DNA of 64,000 nucleotides from Bdellovibrionales bacterium (lineage in GTDB: Bacteria; Bdellovibrionota; Bdellovibrionia; Bdellovibrionales; JAUICD01), in the NCBI GenBank assembly GCA_965262715.1, contig OZ253553.1, positions 2,688,001-2,752,000 of the forward strand, written 5' to 3'. Below the pieces are notes generated by a model, which had not been told where the DNA came from, did not search any database, and saw only the letters and a list, made by a program, of their open reading frames with translations. Made by a program: the position numbers and the translations under genes. The stretch's first letter is position 1; every line of letters begins with the position of its first letter. Shown piece after piece: positions 59,732-64,000 of this stretch.

Positions 59732-61198
59732 ATGAAAGAGGATCAACATGGTTTAGAATCTACCAATTCAAGTAAAGTGGATAAAGAGAATTTAGCAAAT
59801 AAAAAAATGACCTTTGAGGATTTTGATAAGTTAAATTTAAAGTTGTTTGGAGAAGACATTGTTAAAATTATAGAAAATGACAAAACTCTTTCTAATGATC
59901 AGAGGTCTTGCACAATAAGTTTAAATGCAGATTTTGGACAAGGAAAAACTACTTTTTTAGAGATGTTAAAGAACTTTATTGAAAAAGAAAAAGGTGATAA
60001 ATACACAGTTTTATTTATAGATGCTTGGAAAGGAGACTTTTTTAAAGAACCTATTATCACAATCCTTTCAGAGTTTTTAGAATATTTAGAGAAGAACAAG
60101 AAAGCTAAAGGTAAAAAAAACATTCTTAAAGTAATTGGAAAAGCTGGGGGTAACTTAACAAATCAATTATTAAAAAAATACACAGGCATTGACTCAAAGG
60201 AAGTGAGAAAAGAAATCAAAGAAGAAGAACTAGGAGAAAATATTTTTAAAGAATTTAAACAAAGGAAAGAAGTTTTAAAAGAGATTAAAAACATTATTTC
60301 AGATTACACTAAAGATGGTAAGAAGTTAGTGATTATTGTCGATGAATTAGATCGAGCAAGGCCTGATTATGCTGTTCATTTCCTTGAGGACATGAAACAT
60401 TTTTTTGATATTGAAAATATTGTCTTCATCTTTGGAGTTAATAAGGAACAAATGGAGGCCACTGTAAAGACTTTATATGGCAACAATCTCAAATTTGAGG
60501 GATATTATAGAAAATTTTTTAAGCATGAAAGAGACCTTCCTGACCCTGACCAAGAAGCCATAAACTTTATTAAGAGTTTATTAAAACAAACAAAAGCACA
60601 TCCAGAGCTTAACTCTGCAAATATTCATTTTTTATTTAAGGCATTCAAGTTAACATTAAGGGACTTATCTCGGTTTATAGAACATTGTGATGTTGTTCTT
60701 GCAAAAACTAAAAAAGATGATAAACGAAATTACAAATATAGTAATAGTGTTTTATTTTTTATTTGTTTGCTTCTAAAGAAACAAGATATTTTTAATAGAG
60801 TTTTAAATAATGAATTTAATCTAGATGATTTTTTAAATTTTATAGATAAAGAAAAAATACCTTATCACAGTAATGAGGAAAAAACTTTCCTAGCTGAAGT
60901 AGCTTTCTCTTTTTTAAAACCTGAATTTAAAGAGCTTATGGATGATATTCCTATCAATGATAAACTAAAACAAGAGATTGAAAACTTTGAACGTGGTAAA
61001 CAAGAAATAAAAGTAAAATTTGGCGAATATTTGATGAATAAAGCATTCTCATATCTATTTGATTCTCAACGGTCTTATATTATGAGAAAAGAGCCATGTT
61101 TAATCATTTGTGATGCTATACAACACCGAAAAGCATTTTATTTAAATAATTTAGGATTTCTGAAAATTACCCCTCAATACAATAGCTACTATAGTTAA
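59732..61198 (+). CDS. KAP-family P-loop NTPase
   Basis: ISLNADFGQGKTT, DAW, VIIVDELDRARPD, YYRKFF. Confidence 0.85.
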   Translation: MKEDQHGLESTNSSKVDKENLANKKMTFEDFDKLNLKLFGEDIVKIIENDKTLSNDQRSCTISLNADFGQGKTTFLEMLKNFIEKEKGDKYTVLFIDAWKGDFFKEPIITILSEFLEYLEKNKKAKGKKNILKVIGKAGGNLTNQLLKKYTGIDSKEVRKEIKEEELGENIFKEFKQRKEVLKEIKNIISDYTKDGKKLVIIVDELDRARPDYAVHFLEDMKHFFDIENIVFIFGVNKEQMEATVKTLYGNNLKFEGYYRKFFKHERDLPDPDQEAINFIKSLLKQTKAHPELNSANIHFLFKAFKLTLRDLSRFIEHCDVVLAKTKKDDKRNYKYSNSVLFFICLLLKKQDIFNRVLNNEFNLDDFLNFIDKEKIPYHSNEEKTFLAEVAFSFLKPEFKELMDDIPINDKLKQEIENFERGKQEIKVKFGEYLMNKAFSYLFDSQRSYIMRKEPCLIICDAIQHRKAFYLNNLGFLKITPQYNSYYS

Positions 61199-61199
61199 G

Positions 61200-61296
61200 A
61201 TTTTTCTTTTTTTACATCTTTAAAAGGTTCATCATCTGCTTTTTAGCCTATAAATCTACCAGTCTCAACATCTCTTTTTGCCCATTTACCATTTCA
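61200..61296 (-). pseudogene. Remnant of a small conserved hypothetical protein
   Basis: NGKWAKRDVETGRFIG*KADDEPFKDVKKEK with an internal stop. Confidence 0.4.
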
Positions 61297-61349
61297 TAAT
61301 CATAACAATAAGTTAAATCTTGTGAAAATCAATTTAAGTAGTTATGAAT

Positions 61350-61607
61350 CTAAAAGAAATATAGCACTCCAAAAATAATAAATCCTAAGACCTCTAGTAT
61401 GCTTGTTGTTAAAAGAAATATTTGTAATGCTCTAACTTTTTTCTCAAGAATCTGAGTTCTTTCTTCGACTTGTTTTGTGTATTCCTCAAATTCTTTTATA
61501 TACTCTTGAAGATGCTCTTTAGATTCAGAATCATCTTTTGTGAATTTTTTGACAATATTGTGAACAACAATAGGAGAGAGAAGTTCTAATAATACTTTCC
61601 CTATCAT
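61350..61607 (-). CDS. Small coiled-coil protein with C-terminal TM segment
   Basis: SD AAGGAG; coiled coil followed by a hydrophobic tail. Confidence 0.6.
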   Translation of the reverse strand: MIGKVLLELLSPIVVHNIVKKFTKDDSESKEHLQEYIKEFEEYTKQVEERTQILEKKVRALQIFLLTTSILEVLGFIIFGVLYFF

Positions 61608-61931
61608 TTTAACTCTCCTTTCTTTTAATAAAATGTGATTTCTATCTAGAATCTTTTTTAGTGAACTTCTATGATATGTTTATTATTTTGATTTCATGAT
61701 TAACCTATCGGTCAAAAAAATCAGTTTATCAATTAAACTTCATAAAGAAGATGATAATTTATTTTATTTTGAAAAGGGGTGTTACGTAATAGTAGCAAAA
61801 TAGCTTTTAAGGTAACTTTTTTGATTTATAGCTGTGGATTCAAGTCGTAAGTGCAACTCCTTGCATAGTTATTTAAAGCGGGTTAGAGGAATACTCTAAT
61901 CAATAGCTTTACATAATGAAAGGAGTATTCC

Positions 61932-62885
61932 ATGAGCAATTACACTCATCTAACCCAATATGAGAGATATCAGATTTCAGCTCTTTTGAGAAGTGGGAAA
62001 TCAATAAGTTCAATTTCAAAGCAGTTAGGTCGAGATAAAAGCACCTTATATAGGGAAATGAATCGTAATAAAGGTTTGCGTGGATATCGCGCTCACCAAG
62101 CCCATGAAAAAGCCTCTTATCGTCTGAAAAATTCTCATAGATATATAAAGATAACACAGAAAGTTATTGGTAAGATTGAAAGGTTTCTTGTTCGTGATTG
62201 GAGTCCGGAACAGATATGTGGTTATCTTCTTGAAAGAGGTTTATTTGTAAGTCACGAGAGTATTTACCAGCATATTCTAAAGGATAAGAAAGTAGGAGGT
62301 TCTCTCTACAAATTTTTAAGATGTCAGAAAAAACGGAAGAAGCGATATGATACAAGTAGATTTGATAAAAGGGGTCAGATACAGAATAGAGTGAGTATTG
62401 ATAAGAGGCCTAAGATAGTAGATAAGAAGCTTCGGATAGGAGATATAGCAGGTGATCTGATGATAGGAAGAAATCACAAGGGAGCTTTAGTGACTCTTGT
62501 AGATAGATGCTCTAAGAAGACGAGGATCGTCCAAATAGAATCTAAGAGATCTGAAGCCGTTTTTCATGCTATTTCTAAAGCTCTTAAAGGAGAGATTGTT
62601 CGTACAATGACTTTGGATAATGGTAAAGAGTTTTCATGTCATGAGAAGATCAGTGAATATACCGGATGTAAAGTTTATTTTGCACATCCTTACAGTTCTT
62701 ATGAGCGAGGTTTAAATGAGAACACAAATGGTTTAATCCGTCAGTATTTTCCAAAGAAGACAGATTTCAGAAAGATCACTCAAAAGGATGTAAAAAGAGT
62801 TGAAGTTCTTTTAAACCATCGTCCTCGTAAGAGTTTAGGTTATCTAAGTCCTAATGAGTTTCATAGACAGAAGATGATTTGCTGA
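61932..62885 (+). CDS. IS30-family transposase
   Basis: YTHLT..ER, WSPEQI, HESIY, TLDNGKEF, ERGLNENTNGLIRQYFPK, LNHRPRK. Confidence 0.95.
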   Translation: MSNYTHLTQYERYQISALLRSGKSISSISKQLGRDKSTLYREMNRNKGLRGYRAHQAHEKASYRLKNSHRYIKITQKVIGKIERFLVRDWSPEQICGYLLERGLFVSHESIYQHILKDKKVGGSLYKFLRCQKKRKKRYDTSRFDKRGQIQNRVSIDKRPKIVDKKLRIGDIAGDLMIGRNHKGALVTLVDRCSKKTRIVQIESKRSEAVFHAISKALKGEIVRTMTLDNGKEFSCHEKISEYTGCKVYFAHPYSSYERGLNENTNGLIRQYFPKKTDFRKITQKDVKRVEVLLNHRPRKSLGYLSPNEFHRQKMIC

Positions 62886-62959
62886 AGTCATTCATAGTTT
62901 ATCCATTTAATGTCACTTATATATAATAACTTCTGCTAATGAATATCTCATTTGACAGC

Positions 62960-63036
62960 TTGATGTTTATGGCAGAGGATCGTTCTTCCGCAGAGCTTTA
63001 GCTTGAGGACTACTTTGGCTTTGCCATAAACATCAA
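62960..63036 (+). repeat. Structured repeat family 3 hairpin, copy 2 (inside the IS30 3' region)
   Basis: TTGATGTTTATGGCAGAG/CTTTGCCATAAACATCAA stem; core TCTTCCGCAGAGC-TTTA-GCTTGAGGAC. Confidence 0.65.
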
Positions 63037-63176
63037 AATACATTCATTCAAATTAAATAATTTACAATAATCTTTCATGATAATTAAAACTTTGTTGGAA
63101 TATTAATCCTAAAGTGATACAACTTTTAAAAATATCTATAAACACAAAAGAGTTGCACTTGCGATTTGAAGTTACG

Positions 63177-63374
63177 AGAACTTTTAATCCTATTTTTTGG
63201 ATTAAAGAGCTTCTTGACTTTATTGTTGGTATTCCTTTTTATTTCTTAAGAAAATCAGGCTTCAATAGTAGTTTGGAAGAAACTTTTCTAGCAAGAATCA
63301 TAAAACTTATAATGTATCTTGTTTCATTAATATCAGGAGTTTCGTTTATTGTAGATAAATTTTTGGGAATGTAA
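63177..63374 (+). pseudogene. 3' fragment of a membrane protein gene truncated by IS30
   Basis: NPIFWIKE...IPFYFL..SG... begins exactly at the IS end. Confidence 0.5.
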
Positions 63375-63449
63375 AAACAATTTATTGTAATTACTTTTTA
63401 ATGATTATAAGAATAATTAAAGTTTATTTTAAAGGCATATCAATATCAC

Positions 63450-63806
63450 TTGCATGCTTTTTTGATTAAAGAAGGGATAATATTTATGATTCAAGATCAT
63501 CAAGACAATCCATTAAAGGGTTTCTTAAAAGAGCCTAGAAATAAACAAGAAAGAATATTGTTAAAAGAATATAGACGAACTTTTCAAGGCAAGGAACTTA
63601 CTAAGAAGGGAATAGAACTTATATATGTTAATATTCTTGCTTTGTTGTATGAGAAGACTAGAACTACAGAAGAAATATCAGAAGAAACAAGTCTTAATCA
63701 ATATAAGCATCAAACTTCGATAGCTAAAACTTTCCTTAAGAATTTAAAAGATCAAAATCATGTTAATGAAAGAAAAAGAAGAAAGTTTATGGAAAATTAC
63801 AGATAA
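63450..63806 (+). CDS. Hypothetical protein (possible HTH-like C-terminus); start probably 63486
   Basis: ORF only. Confidence 0.4.
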   Translation: MHAFLIKEGIIFMIQDHQDNPLKGFLKEPRNKQERILLKEYRRTFQGKELTKKGIELIYVNILALLYEKTRTTEEISEETSLNQYKHQTSIAKTFLKNLKDQNHVNERKRRKFMENYR

Positions 63807-64000
63807 GGGCCATGAGTTTTTATCAAAACACAGACAAAAAAATGATCCATACAATAGCTATCAGTCTTATGTTAATTACTTCCTAAAGTTAGGTGAGCAA
63901 GAGCCGATACTTTTAAATCCATCACGTGTAACCAATAAAAAATCTCAGATAAGTTCAAGTACTAAAAGTCGATATAGAAAAGGAGTCAAGGACTTTTTAT

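Larger units (their letters stand above)
61833..63176 (+). mobile_element. IS30-family insertion sequence
   Basis: Left end TGTGGATTCAAGTCGTAAGTGCAACTC, right end GAGTTGCACTTGCGATTTGAAGTTACG. No clear target duplication. Confidence 0.85.

Noticed and set aside
63114..63176. N-terminus of ORF 63114..63374 (and the TCCLRINCYQ tail of 55726..56349)
   Set aside because: Derived from IS terminal sequence, not native coding sequence.
1..64000. tRNA, rRNA, prophage or integron
   Set aside because: No recognisable tRNA/rRNA motifs, phage structural genes, integrase or attC-type array.

Overview
AT-rich bacterial chromosomal window, most consistent with a Bdellovibrionota-like organism. The basis for that call is an Agl-Glt-type gliding-motility cluster at 14.5-27.5 kb, FQNC-type lipoproteins and AgmX/PglI C-terminal domain proteins. 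Housekeeping genes include a cystathionine gamma-synthase/lyase, grxC, purM, kdsC, three parvulin/SurA foldases, pdxA and a cold-shock protein. These are interspersed with decaying accessory regions at 0-11 kb and 44.5-64 kb. The accessory regions carry two Fic genes, an AAA+/DUF4143 ATPase, HicAB and DUF4160/DUF2442 pairs, a KAP NTPase, two IS elements and several Rpn/PD-(D/E)XK genes; a BglII/BstYI-type R-M pair lies at 30-32 kb. Highlights: (1) a dispersed, modular, sometimes nested ~150-330 bp repeat family at about 10 loci, with a conserved multi-stem fold, compensatory base changes and no terminal inverted repeats, which has invaded genes including two Rpn genes in the same reading frame; (2) two further two-copy structured repeat families; (3) a cas12a gene reduced by an internal deletion to its first ~120 and last ~60 codons, with no array or cas1/2/4 in the window; (4) a tandem array of about seven Rpn C-terminal (RpnS-like antitoxin) modules, several with their own ribosome-binding sites, downstream of a disrupted Rpn nuclease; (5) a repeated pattern of toxin halves inactivated while antitoxin halves stay intact. 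No rRNA, tRNA or CRISPR array was recognised. All family assignments come from motif recognition by eye; no database searches were run.
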